This document shows positions 11,201 through 20,524 of a DNA stretch of 64,000 nucleotides, in pieces. Position numbers and translations under genes: made by a program. Below the pieces are notes generated by a model that saw only the letters and a list, made by a program, of their open reading frames with translations, made no database searches and was not told the DNA's origin. How positions within the stretch are numbered: position 1 is the stretch's first letter; each line of letters starts with the position of its first letter. This DNA is from Thermofilaceae archaeon (GTDB lineage: Archaea; Thermoproteota; Thermoprotei; Thermofilales; Thermofilaceae), in the NCBI GenBank assembly GCA_038861545.1, contig JAWCCZ010000002.1, positions 128,001-192,000 on the forward strand. The letters run 5' to 3'.

Positions 11201-11498
11201 TAGTCGCTCTCACCGTGAAGCTATACGTACCTTCCTGCGTAGGAGTCCCAGAAATCACACTTTTATAGGAGTCAAGTTTATTAAGTGTTAACCCAGGCGG
11301 AAGGTTGCCGCTCGCTATATCCCAGCTATCAATCGTGGTATACGGTTCAGTAAACAATTGAACCTCATAGTATATCCCCATGGTAGCGTTCGGAAGCTTA
11401 TCCGGTTTAATAGTTATTTGTGCTAAAACTTCGGTAAAACCAACGCAAATGATAATTAGAAGAATCAACAATTTAATTTCACTACTTTCCTTACTCAT
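8232..11498 (-). CDS. large membrane-anchored surface protein with Ig-like domains and a putative zinc metalloprotease domain
   Basis: Signal peptide, putative Ig repeats (LPPGLTL..ISGTPT..GTYSFTVRA), CARDB-like E.NEDNN, HEMYHVLG motif, Cys-rich segment, SSDGGETW, C-terminal TM with basic/Pro tail. Confidence 0.8.
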   Translation of the reverse strand: MSKESSEIKLLILLIIICVGFTEVLAQITIKPDKLPNATMGIYYEVQLFTEPYTTIDSWDIASGNLPPGLTLNKLDSYKSVISGTPTQEGTYSFTVRATKTYLGQPKPLVIFKEYTLTVVRVRLNLQPQTIAAATENSSYLAYITVSGGTEPYTWTVTGLETEVTGIAWRLSHGRTDRIELYGTPPIGSHGNRLITVTVHDQKGFSTSRQYLLTIYELPWKYEVTLRCLTELRDEFRAYVFLDELVFNRSQSRLVNSIYEVTVRRISGVGDKWFEIRTTNLPGFDLVYAGVDISINPAAGYVGENPLTVIISLNVDANYYPHLLEEKEMRRAIYVFSAGLTGVTKKLNVTLKGIAADVKINATPVQVIEGFNKLVAGKSTIFKVGVSIECNRCPVLANNVPIHVALYLPNTEWTWEYPEYAGSTTKSATATAIIPKRFTVDDRIRKCVSSSIVYVPANLSNFTATGRILYMVGGIWPAGLYYTAPYPLSMPRPSTGRVTRASFNVQADLLNTVREVNEDNNVYSSSQEVVATKKIKILFFPWAENSTELSRGMGTYTSRSTYIRDVVLPAIKTQIEFLQAIYPTAEAAILYNVYPSIMIRGLYGTCSAQYTAFMRSYCPCDCNTPCNDACRSWCECAGNAAWSFLYGDNGIGKIADDAGYDFTIAFRVIGGGGCTWGASRPMAAYVDIGSCYSALSHEMYHVLGPMYYDDYSCPTANQCPAGYWVNKGEQINKGRCYIMSACGGAPWWIQAGMYERLITGWFNPSGADPEAIRISGTIYRNGSGRLDPFRTRVSDRIATPGLIGNYSVVLLDSKGKELARYGLNVSFAGEMYTDMYGFMFYAAFSEEIHSIELRNPSGKVLAARSASSSRPQVSVTSPKAGDIVSNVTGAFLITWEGKDADGDLLYYTVLVSSDGGETWIPLAGDITTSSIKWDPTPYEGSESYVVKVIVSDGFYSSEGLSGRFKVGAYVRLDVESPYGKTEGAGWYLVNQTATFSVTPTKVEMSGILGILGGYYEFTGWSGDILSTNSVSKIIMDSNKRVVAQFKPNYTTLLLILAGLVIAVLLIIVTGLRVKARSRRKVPPPSLKN

Positions 11499-11762
11499 AA
11501 TTTACTGAGTATTAGAAATATTTAAATTTTTCATTATTATAGAAAATTTAGCTACATTTTGCAAAATCTACTAATAAAATATTTCCCTAAAAATATTAAA
11601 TAGAAAAAATTATTTACCTATTTTTATTATTAGTTTATAAAACTTTTTTTTACTAGTAAATACTTAGAATTAAAATAAAACTATCAATTAGTATAGGATA
11701 GCTAAGAATTTACCAATTTAGATCCACTAATTGGTTGAATTAAAAACATTCCTGGTTGATTT

Positions 11763-12716
11763 TTACTTTAAGCGCGCACTTTTACGTGTTAAATACACGA
11801 GAACTGTGATTACAGCTGCCGCGACTACCGCGTACACAGCTAATAGGGTTTGCTGTTGACTTTGAGCCTCCTTAGCTGCCGCCTCCAGCCTGCCCGCAAT
11901 TATGTATTTGCTAATCCCTTCCGCTTTTAAGCCCCGGTTAAGCAGGTACACTACATCGAGGATACGTCGTTTCATGTTTTCAAGCTGATCCGCTTCAATA
12001 TAGGGTTGCAAGTAAATGTAAAACACAAACTTATCACCTGGTTTCATAAGTAGGCGATCACTGCCAGAGTATAATATATGCCTCACCCCGTAGGTAGTTC
12101 CGTTCCATTCCCTATCATCCGTAATGTCGAGGTAAGGCCCATTGAGAGATACATCGCTGAAGATTGTGGTTACGAGCCCCACATTAGTTCCAAATGGGAG
12201 TACCCAACCAGCCCCTTGGCTTCCTGGTCCTAAACTCGCTTCTCCGGAGATATACTCGGCTCTGAGCGTCACATCTTGGGCTCCGCCGTAAGGCATTACT
12301 GCAGTAATTTTACCACCGCTGAAGCTTTGAATAGGTAAACCTATAATCCAAGCGACATCCTCGAAGGAAGTATCAGTGCTCGCTTCAATGCAAATCTCTA
12401 CCAGTATATAGTCGTCACCTACCCATATTTGCTCGCTCCATTGAAACTCACCGTAACTGCATGTAACCAAGCCTGTGAAAGTATTCTCCCTTAATTCCCC
12501 AGGAGCCCAACTGGATTGGGCTCCACAGTCCTCATCCCATAACCATCCGGGACCCCACGTTACGATCTGCCCTACTAATCTAAGTGCGTAGTATTGCACT
12601 ACTACTGTACCACTGCTGTTAAAGAAAATTTCAGTATCGCCGTACCTGCCTTGAGGTAACCCAGCGGCACAGGCTGAAATAAGAAGTACCAGGAGGAAGT
12701 ATAAACATAGTTTCAT
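11763..12716 (-). CDS. secreted, C-terminally anchored hypothetical protein (paralog of 16267..17226)
   Basis: Signal peptide and C-terminal TM plus RK tail. Shares WGP.W.W, F..IAWII.LPI..F..G.IT, LRAEY.SGE and TD.REW.GTTY with the paralog. Confidence 0.8.
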   Translation of the reverse strand: MKLCLYFLLVLLISACAAGLPQGRYGDTEIFFNSSGTVVVQYYALRLVGQIVTWGPGWLWDEDCGAQSSWAPGELRENTFTGLVTCSYGEFQWSEQIWVGDDYILVEICIEASTDTSFEDVAWIIGLPIQSFSGGKITAVMPYGGAQDVTLRAEYISGEASLGPGSQGAGWVLPFGTNVGLVTTIFSDVSLNGPYLDITDDREWNGTTYGVRHILYSGSDRLLMKPGDKFVFYIYLQPYIEADQLENMKRRILDVVYLLNRGLKAEGISKYIIAGRLEAAAKEAQSQQQTLLAVYAVVAAAVITVLVYLTRKSARLK

Positions 12717-12811
12717 AGATGTTCTATGATTTTTAATGGAAATATTTTTAATTTATTCTCCTATCCATAGCAAAGATTTTTACCATCCTAGCCAAGAAAG
12801 CGTGGCTGGGA

Positions 12812-12988
12812 ATGACAAGTAAAAGCGCTTTACTTGTAGCGTGCACCCTCATCCTAGCTTTCACGATAAGCATGTTAGCGCCAGCGCTTGTGACGCTCAT
12901 ATGGTTCTTTACAGCCTTTGTAGCCTTCATTTACCTGATTATCGAGTTCATTAAAACCTTCTCTCAAACTTCAGAAAAGAAAGGCTAA
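12812..12988 (+). CDS. small two-TM membrane protein (58 aa), absent from the ORF track
   Basis: ATG 12812 to TAA 12988: MTSKSALLVACTLILAFTISMLAPALVTLIWFFTAFVAFIYLIIEFIKTFSQTSEKKG, two hydrophobic helices and a basic tail. Confidence 0.55.
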   Translation: MTSKSALLVACTLILAFTISMLAPALVTLIWFFTAFVAFIYLIIEFIKTFSQTSEKKG

Positions 12989-13111
12989 AATGTAGCTAGC
13001 TTTGCACTGTGAAGAGCTGTTAGGAAACAGGGTTCTGGGGTTGTGCAGCTAGAGGGAACCGATAGACATAAAATAGTTTGATAGCTATTTTAATTAGGTG
13101 AATACAAATCC

Positions 13112-13912
13112 ATGTATAGCGACATAAGAATTGAAAACCTCAATGATTCGAATATGGATGACTTAATCTATGTTTGCTCCTCAAAAAGGCTCGAAGACCC
13201 AGTTCATCAAGAAGGTATGAGGCTTAAGAGGCTTTGGCTTAAAGAAATGCTTGATGAATATGGTTCTTGTGCGAAAATTGCCTACTATAATGGAAGACCA
13301 GTAGCCCAAATCCTGTTTTACCCAGAAGTAGCTGAGAGAGCCAAGGCTTTTACGCGTGATGGTGTATTATTTATAAACTGTATCTACAATCCCACGCCGG
13401 AAGCGCAGAGACTAGGACTTGGTAAAATGCTATTGCAAAAAGTGATCGAGGAAGCTAAAAGAGGGGAGACATGCCTAGGCAGGAAACCTTGCAAATTTAT
13501 TCTTGCTAACGCCTTCAATACAGGAGAGTACTTACCGATGCCTCATTTCTACAGGAAGTATGGTTTCCTTCCAAGCGAGGAAGGGTCTGCTCTTTATCTT
13601 CCTATTGAAGGCGAGTACGAGCCGGTTCCAAGCGCTGAGTACAAACCGCTTGAAGAAGATAAAGGTAAAGCAGTAATATTCTATAGGCCGAAATGCCAGT
13701 TCTCATACCCCTTTGCTAAAAGGATAGAGATTATCATTAGAGAGACGTTGCCCCAGGTTACGATTGAGATGATAAACGAGTGGGAGAAGCCTGAGGAATC
13801 AGTGAAGCGTGGTAATTGGTGGCTTGTTGTAAACGCCAAGCCTATTAGAACATTCTTCATGGATGCTGAGAACTTCAAAGCCGAAATAAAGCAAGCAGTA
13901 TACGGAGCGTAA
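13112..13912 (+). CDS. GNAT N-acetyltransferase with YoaP-like C-terminal domain
   Basis: K..WLKEML, FINCIY, acetyl-CoA motif QRLGLGKMLL, FYRKYGF, C-terminal FYRPKCQFS; GGTGA RBS. Confidence 0.82.
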   Translation: MYSDIRIENLNDSNMDDLIYVCSSKRLEDPVHQEGMRLKRLWLKEMLDEYGSCAKIAYYNGRPVAQILFYPEVAERAKAFTRDGVLFINCIYNPTPEAQRLGLGKMLLQKVIEEAKRGETCLGRKPCKFILANAFNTGEYLPMPHFYRKYGFLPSEEGSALYLPIEGEYEPVPSAEYKPLEEDKGKAVIFYRPKCQFSYPFAKRIEIIIRETLPQVTIEMINEWEKPEESVKRGNWWLVVNAKPIRTFFMDAENFKAEIKQAVYGA

Positions 13913-14592
13913 TTCAACTTATTCGGATCAGTGAATCCTAGTGCAGGGCCGGGGAGTGAACCTAGAGGAAGTTTCCCTATAGTGGCTATAACCTAGTGGG
14001 GACTGGTTAACTTTTAGCTGCAGTAAGCTTCAAGGTATACGGTGAAAGAAGGTTATAAGTGCTACCAACATACAGGAGTTGCAACACCGGATGATTATTT
14101 GAGAAAAAATTCTTTTACTAATTTCATCCAACCGAAAAACTAACAGGGAAATAAGTTGCTTATGGTGACCGAACTCGGCTGGGGTGCACTTATATCCTAG
14201 AATATTCTACTACCTTACTACTTTACATACATACTTTCGGTTTGTTAGGCTTGAACTCGATTCGGCTAATATTCATTTAGATTAGAACCTAAGTTTATTT
14301 GCCGGCATTTTTCTTTTCATGATTCCAGTTACAGGAGAAATATACACTGACGTTTACTTGAGGAACTTGGAAACTTCTGCTCAATCAATAATTATCCTAT
14401 GCTCTCTAATCAGATACATCCTGTAGATGCCTTTATCCTCTAAAGCATCCTTTCTCAGTCCCATAAAGCCCAGGTATTTCCCCTCTCTAATTTCCTTTCC
14501 AAATGTTTGTAAAAACATCATACTAGGTCCAATAGATTTGAGGGGGATACATGTAATATCCACTTATTAGAAGGGCATACTTGAATCCTATT

Positions 14593-15459
14593 CTAGGAGA
14601 ACAATAAAGTTATGCTCAATGCAATGATCAAAGCGATATAAAGAATGTTTAATCTGTTTGTCAAAACTTCATCATAAAAAAGCCAAACCCTGGTAGCGAC
14701 TAGCGTCCCAATACAACTTAGCAGGGTAGGGAGACCTACATTCATTGAGAGGCTCAACCCGAATGGAAGCAGGATACACGTTATCCCTAAGAGATTTAAG
14801 ATTTTAACAAATAGGCTAATACAAGGTAAAACCAGTACGGAATATAGCCAGATTCTTACGCTCTTAGGAAATTCTACTTTTATAGTTGTTTCAAATACAC
14901 ACTCTCCTTCAAATCTAATGGAAAACCCTCTGCATTTAGGTGGCTTTGCCAAGACTTCATATCTACACCTTTCCACTGAAGTTAATGGAATGGGTTGTGT
15001 AGGTGCCAGAGGCTTTACTTTCACAAGCTTCAATGAAAGATTAGGGGGCGGAGTTACGTGAAGATAATTACTGGATTTATGCATCCCTATCAAGTAATGA
15101 GGGAATTCAACAAATTTTATTAATTTTCCGCCATATTTTACTCGAGGCCTAAGAGTATGACTCATTATTATGGTCTTTTGCGTCTTTGGTTCAATAGTAT
15201 ATTTTATACACAATAAATTTTCACCGCAGCAAGGATCTCTCTGTGGTATTATTTCTAGTAGTATTCCCTTATTATCTCTAACCTCAAGGTTTACTAGATA
15301 TAGATATTTTTCACTTGCAGGATCATATGGTCTGGAAAACTTAATTATATCGATTTTATCCTCTCCGTCATTTAGGAGGGTTAACAATGATATTATTTTA
15401 CCTTCAACTGGATTTTCAAGAAAAACATTAATTATTTGGCGTACAAGTATTAAACTCAA
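14593..15459 (-). CDS. orphan membrane protein: soluble beta-rich N-terminus plus about three C-terminal TM helices
   Basis: 288-codon ORF in AT-rich DNA, TTG start immediately after the upstream stop, hydrophobic C-terminus. Confidence 0.7.
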   Translation of the reverse strand: MSLILVRQIINVFLENPVEGKIISLLTLLNDGEDKIDIIKFSRPYDPASEKYLYLVNLEVRDNKGILLEIIPQRDPCCGENLLCIKYTIEPKTQKTIIMSHTLRPRVKYGGKLIKFVEFPHYLIGMHKSSNYLHVTPPPNLSLKLVKVKPLAPTQPIPLTSVERCRYEVLAKPPKCRGFSIRFEGECVFETTIKVEFPKSVRIWLYSVLVLPCISLFVKILNLLGITCILLPFGLSLSMNVGLPTLLSCIGTLVATRVWLFYDEVLTNRLNILYIALIIALSITLLFS

Positions 15460-15460
15460 G

Positions 15461-15706
15461 CTACTTTCTAGAGGTATTGTTCTCTAAGTATTTCCTCCAG
15501 TCGGGCCATACAACGTCTCTAACCTTTGGGGGGAGGGACATTACCTGGTCGATCGTGTAGGGCACGCGTATACAGTTAGGGTGGCTTAAAATTCTTTTAG
15601 TCTCCTCAGCCACTTCCTCCTCTGTTAAAACACGTTCCCTGAAACCTGTGTTTTTCCAGCCGAAAAGCTTTTTAAAATAATCAGAGTATAATGTCATCAT
15701 TTTCAC
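15461..15706 (-). CDS. small hypothetical protein
   Basis: TATA-like TTAAATA and GGTGA RBS upstream; abuts the downstream ORF, suggesting translational coupling. Confidence 0.6.
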   Translation of the reverse strand: MKMMTLYSDYFKKLFGWKNTGFRERVLTEEEVAEETKRILSHPNCIRVPYTIDQVMSLPPKVRDVVWPDWRKYLENNTSRK

Positions 15707-16266
15707 CAGTTACTTTATATACCTAAATTATATTTAAGGTTTTCTTCCTACAAGCCTGTTTTCTATGCGTTCATAAATTCATATCAAAAACGCATAACTG
15801 TAAGATTTTAGAAAGAAGTGTTTTTCATTGTGTATTTATTTAAGGATTATTCTAGGCGCTTTAATGATAAAAGGCTCTCTGCTTGCAGGCGACTTAACTA
15901 TTGCTGTTTTTGCTCAAGCCAACTCATCACTTGACCAGATATTCGCTTGTAGCACCAGAATTCCTTATCCTAAATCCCAAGCTATAGTTATGTTTTCAAC
16001 ATCTTGAAGCCTGAATGCGAAGATCTCCGAGCGCTCTTCCTTATATTATCCTCCATCTATATTAGATGGGGATTGCGATTATAGTTAAACATGTATCCCT
16101 CACTAAGAAGCTTTTCAATGAAATCTTTGTGATAATACCAAACTCTAGCTATGGTGACATGCTAGTGCTCTCCTAGAAATATATGAGCTATCACTGTACT
16201 CCTGGTCGAGTTAACTTTAACGTTGAAGCTGACCACTACTGGAAAAGGAAAAAACTTTGTGTAAAA

Positions 16267-17226
16267 TTATCTGTGGCGTCTTTTCAAGAAGAGTACTAAG
16301 GTGAATACCAGAGCTAAGGCAGCCACAACATATAGAATAAGCAGAGTCTGCCGCTCCCTTCTCATCTGCTCTATAGTGCTTTCAAGCTTACTCGCAGCTA
16401 AAAGATCTTTCAACTCTCTGGAAGAAGTGCCGCCCCCGCGTAGATAAGCTAGCCCATGCACGCGTTGAACCATAGCTTCGTAGCCCTCAGCGCTACTGTA
16501 AGGGTGTATATAAACATAGAATTTTATCGCATCACCAGCCTTAAGCACTTGGCGCCCTCCAGGATAGTAGAACCTCAGCCTGTATGTTGTCCCACCCCAC
16601 TCCCTTTCATCGGTAACGCTTAAGGGAACTTGAGCAGCAGTATCTGTGAAAACTGCCATTGTTACACCAAGGTTTTGACCGATAGGTACAATCCAGCCGA
16701 AACCATTATCATAACTGGCTAACTCCTCTTCCCCTGAAACATACTCAGCCCTTAACTTTACGTTTTGCAAAGTTCCATCGGATAGAAGAACCGTAATACT
16801 TCCACTCGCGAAATTTTCGATCGGTAAGTCGATAATCCATGCAATGTTTTCAAACGTTAAATCGGAATCCGTCGTCAACGTGAACTCATAAAGCGCGAAG
16901 TCTGAACCAAAGAGAGCCTCTTCCCTCCAAGTAAACGTACCCCAAGGTGAATTTAAACGTCCAGAGACTTCCCGATCCTTTACTGACTGCACTGGCCAGT
17001 TAATTTGAAGGCTGTAGTTGTTGTCCCACGACCAGTTAGGCCCCCAAAGTGCTACTTGACAGGTGATGTTGAGCGTTAAGTACCGTACTGTTATAGCGCC
17101 GCTGCCGCTCGTGATAATTTCTACTTCATTGAACTGAACCTTGGGCACAGCAGTAGCAGTAGATAATACTATTAGCGCTATCAACAAGGATGCACTCTCC
17201 TTCATCACTAAGTTTACTTGAACCAA
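16267..17226 (-). CDS. secreted, C-terminally anchored hypothetical protein (paralog of 11763..12716)
   Basis: Signal peptide, shared Trp-rich motifs, C-terminal TM plus KRRHR. Confidence 0.8.
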   Translation of the reverse strand: MVQVNLVMKESASLLIALIVLSTATAVPKVQFNEVEIITSGSGAITVRYLTLNITCQVALWGPNWSWDNNYSLQINWPVQSVKDREVSGRLNSPWGTFTWREEALFGSDFALYEFTLTTDSDLTFENIAWIIDLPIENFASGSITVLLSDGTLQNVKLRAEYVSGEEELASYDNGFGWIVPIGQNLGVTMAVFTDTAAQVPLSVTDEREWGGTTYRLRFYYPGGRQVLKAGDAIKFYVYIHPYSSAEGYEAMVQRVHGLAYLRGGGTSSRELKDLLAASKLESTIEQMRRERQTLLILYVVAALALVFTLVLFLKRRHR

Positions 17227-17305
17227 TATTAAGTATTTTACCTCCAGATTCTGACGTTAGGTTAGAAAAAAGCTCAAGTTTAACCGTCTTAGAAAGCTTT
17301 ACAGC

Positions 17306-19540
17306 TTAAAGTATTGAAACTTGAGTAAAGTAGATTTTCCTCAGATCGGCGATTCTCTCGGTTCGCGTAACCTTAAATCCTCCCTTCAGCCTGATATCTT
17401 GCGATGACGACCCAACCATTATCTCATATTCACCTGCTTCGAGTGTGAACTGCATAGCCCTGTCATAGAACGCTAACAGCTCACTAGGCAACTTAAAAAT
17501 AACCTGTTTGCTTTCCCCTGGCTTCAGAGTTAAACGTTTAAACCCTTTCAACTCTTTAACAGGTCTGGTGACGCTGGCTACTGGATCTCTTATGTACAGC
17601 TGGACGACTTCATCACCCTCTCTGTTGCCTGTGTTAGTTAAAGTAAAGCTTACAGTTAAAGTCTCTCCAGGTTCCAGTTTTTCCGGTTCTACCTTTAAGT
17701 TGTTGTACTCAAAGCTCGTGTAGCTTAAACCGTGACCGAATGGAAAGAGAGGTTTCCAATCCTCGTCTATATACTTAGAGGTGAAGCGATCCGAGGTTGG
17801 AGGTCTCCCTGTGCGCTTATGATTATAATATATTGGAACCTGCCCCACGGTTCTAGGCCAAGTAACCGGTAACTTACCTCCAGGGTTGTAGTCGCCGAAG
17901 AGTACGTCGGCTATAGCGTCTCCAGCATGCACACCTAAGTGCCAGGCTACCACGATTGCTGGTAAATACTCAGCGGACCAAGCGATAGTTAAAGGTCTCC
18001 CGGACATGACAACCTCGATAATGGGAATACCTGAATCTTTCACTGCTTCCCAAACCGTTTTAATAAGTTCTTCCTGTACCCCTGGCAAGCTCAAGTGAGC
18101 CCTAGAACCCGCCTCTCCGCTCATGTAGGCGCTCTCGCCTACAATTAGCACTACCGCATTAGCATTCTTGGCGAGTTCTATAGCTTCTGCGAAACCTTTT
18201 CTATCTTCGGATTGCACATCACAACCCTTAGCGTACAACACTTCTGTAGCTGGAGAGACTTTCCTTTTTACTCCCTCTAAAACTGTAACTGTGTCGTTTG
18301 GATCCCCTAGAGCCCGCCAACAGCCTAGCGGTGCATCCTTATCATCAGCTAGTGGCCCTATGACAGCTATTCTCTCAATGTCTTTCCGGAGAGGGAGCAC
18401 CCCCTCATTCTTTACGAGCACTATGCACCTGCGCGCGACTTCAAGCGCAATATCGAAATGCTCTTTGCATTTGATAATCTTCCTAGCTTTCTCGGAGTCG
18501 GCATACGGGTTCTCAAAAAGCCCGAGCTGGAATTTAACTGTAAGGATTCTTCTAATAGCTTCGTCAACCGCCTCAACAGGTAACACCCCGCTCTTCACTA
18601 AATCCAGTAGGTGCCTACGGTAGAGGTCGCTTACCATGTCCATATCGACGCCAGCCGAGATAGCCAGCTTAGCTGCATCAATACCATTTGAGGCAACTCC
18701 GTGTACGATAAGCTCGCCGATAGCGTTCCAATCGCTCACTACAAAACCCTTAAACCCCCATTCACTCTTAAGCACAGTCTTTAGTGTGTACTTGTTTCCC
18801 GACGCGGGGATACCGTTGAGATCGTTGAAAGCACTCATCACAGTGGCTACTCCTGCTGCCACAGCCGATTTAAACGGCGGCATGTAAACCTCCCTTAACG
18901 TTCTCTCGGAGATATCCACGGTGTTGTAGTCCCTACCTCCCTCAGCTGCCCCATATGCAACATAATGCTTCGCGCATGCAGCGACCCTTTCCGAATGAGG
19001 AGAGAGCTTCTCGCCTTGAAAGCCCTTCACAGCCGCCCAAGCCATAACAGAGGAAAGGTAGGGATCTTCGCCAAACCCTTCTGCAATCCTCCCCCAGCGG
19101 GGATCCCTAGCAATGTCGACCATAGGTGCAAATGTCCATTTTATGCCTTCAGCAGCAGCTTCCCTAGCAGCGACTTCAGCCGCTTTCCTAACCACTTCAG
19201 GTTCCCAGCTACTAGCCATCGCGAGTGGGATGGGGAAGATAGTTTTGTAACCATGAATTACGTCTAGACCCATCAGCAATGGTATACCGAGTTTTGAACC
19301 TTTAATCGCAAGCTCTTGAACCCTATTCACGTTCTCAACGCCCGTGACATTCAGTAAGGAACCAACTAACCCTTTTCTTACCAGCTCTTCGATATCCTTT
19401 GTGAAACCACTATACTGGCAAAGCTGTCCGATCTTCTCTTCAAGTGTCATCCTCTTTAAAAGATCATTAACGCGTTCATCAATGGGTTTGCTAGGATCCC
19501 TATAGGGTTCCACAAACCCTGTCACAGGCTGCCCACCCAC
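17306..19540 (-). CDS. bglX: GH3 beta-glucosidase (BglX-type)
   Basis: MTLEEKIGQL, DVIHG, RDPRWGR.AEGFGEDP, KHY, nucleophile VVSDW, SGE, PFGHGLSYT, C-terminal Fn3-like domain. Confidence 0.95.
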   Translation of the reverse strand: MGGQPVTGFVEPYRDPSKPIDERVNDLLKRMTLEEKIGQLCQYSGFTKDIEELVRKGLVGSLLNVTGVENVNRVQELAIKGSKLGIPLLMGLDVIHGYKTIFPIPLAMASSWEPEVVRKAAEVAAREAAAEGIKWTFAPMVDIARDPRWGRIAEGFGEDPYLSSVMAWAAVKGFQGEKLSPHSERVAACAKHYVAYGAAEGGRDYNTVDISERTLREVYMPPFKSAVAAGVATVMSAFNDLNGIPASGNKYTLKTVLKSEWGFKGFVVSDWNAIGELIVHGVASNGIDAAKLAISAGVDMDMVSDLYRRHLLDLVKSGVLPVEAVDEAIRRILTVKFQLGLFENPYADSEKARKIIKCKEHFDIALEVARRCIVLVKNEGVLPLRKDIERIAVIGPLADDKDAPLGCWRALGDPNDTVTVLEGVKRKVSPATEVLYAKGCDVQSEDRKGFAEAIELAKNANAVVLIVGESAYMSGEAGSRAHLSLPGVQEELIKTVWEAVKDSGIPIIEVVMSGRPLTIAWSAEYLPAIVVAWHLGVHAGDAIADVLFGDYNPGGKLPVTWPRTVGQVPIYYNHKRTGRPPTSDRFTSKYIDEDWKPLFPFGHGLSYTSFEYNNLKVEPEKLEPGETLTVSFTLTNTGNREGDEVVQLYIRDPVASVTRPVKELKGFKRLTLKPGESKQVIFKLPSELLAFYDRAMQFTLEAGEYEIMVGSSSQDIRLKGGFKVTRTERIADLRKIYFTQVSIL

Positions 19541-19571
19541 ATAGATAAAAAATAAGTAACTACTAAGCCTA

Positions 19572-20108
19572 CTACTTCAACTTGTTACCGAAACTCTCCA
19601 AGTGTACTATTTCTTTAAGCTCTCGGCGGGGCCTAGCTGTCGGCCGCTCGTCGGGATAGCCTACCGCAAAGAGACCTATAGGGAAAAGGTGATCCGGTGC
19701 ACCAATGATCTTCCTAACAGTATCAGCCACGGGCACGGTGTGAAGCCATACAGCGCCTAACCCGAGGCAGTGGAGGGCTAGCCAAAGATACATGGCTACA
19801 AGAGAGCCGTCAATCATGTAAGAGTCAGGAGCCCTTCGAGCATCGGATAGTACCACGATGGCTACTGGGGCTTCAGCGGTATACCTTGCCCACGGGTGTA
19901 TCTTCGACAACTTTTCGCGTTGCTCTTTATCGCGGACCACGACTAACTCCCAAGGTTGTCCATTCCTAGCGCTAGGTGCAGAACGAGCTACATCTATAGC
20001 TTTAAGAACCAGATCGAGGGGTACATCGTCAGGCTTAAACCGCCTAATACTCCTTCTAGTTAGGAGAGCTTCGAGGCATTCCTTGCTCTCCATGAGTGGG
20101 TTATACAA
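19572..20108 (-). CDS. nitroreductase family protein
   Basis: TRRSIRRF, APSARNGQPW, LGLGAVW, VGYP. Confidence 0.93.
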   Translation of the reverse strand: MYNPLMESKECLEALLTRRSIRRFKPDDVPLDLVLKAIDVARSAPSARNGQPWELVVVRDKEQREKLSKIHPWARYTAEAPVAIVVLSDARRAPDSYMIDGSLVAMYLWLALHCLGLGAVWLHTVPVADTVRKIIGAPDHLFPIGLFAVGYPDERPTARPRRELKEIVHLESFGNKLK

Positions 20109-20524
20109 CTCTAGTATTCATGCTTAACGCTCTTACTTCAGTGAACATGTAAACATTTTTAGTGTCAGCCGATAAATTATTGAACCGATGTATACTATAC
20201 TATGATTTCAAGTCCTCGGAGTTAGGACTACAAATGGTTAAAAGCCTCTCTCTCCGAAGATTCGGTAGAGGAGCATATTGATGAAAAGTCTTTCTCATAT
20301 AACATCTTTTAGGTTTAACTGGAAAGCCGATTCTTCCATTACAGTACTACGAAATTCTACAGTAAAACTAACTCTTATATTATTACAATGAATGATTATG
20401 GGGTAGTTGCAGGAATAAAATGAAAATAAAATACTTTATATGCAACTAGATCTAATGACAACGTTTGAAATTATAAAAAATCTTATATATTTCATAGATA
20501 AAAGACAAGTTCAGGGAAAACTTT

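Noticed and set aside
14381-14563. 60-aa ORF downstream of the orphan operon
   Set aside because: No RBS or motif and surrounded by stop-rich DNA; probably a remnant or spurious.
20211-20271. Two short tandem hairpins in the nitroreductase/DUF4013 intergenic region
   Set aside because: Stems of about 6 bp with no recognisable RNA family motif; cannot be supported.
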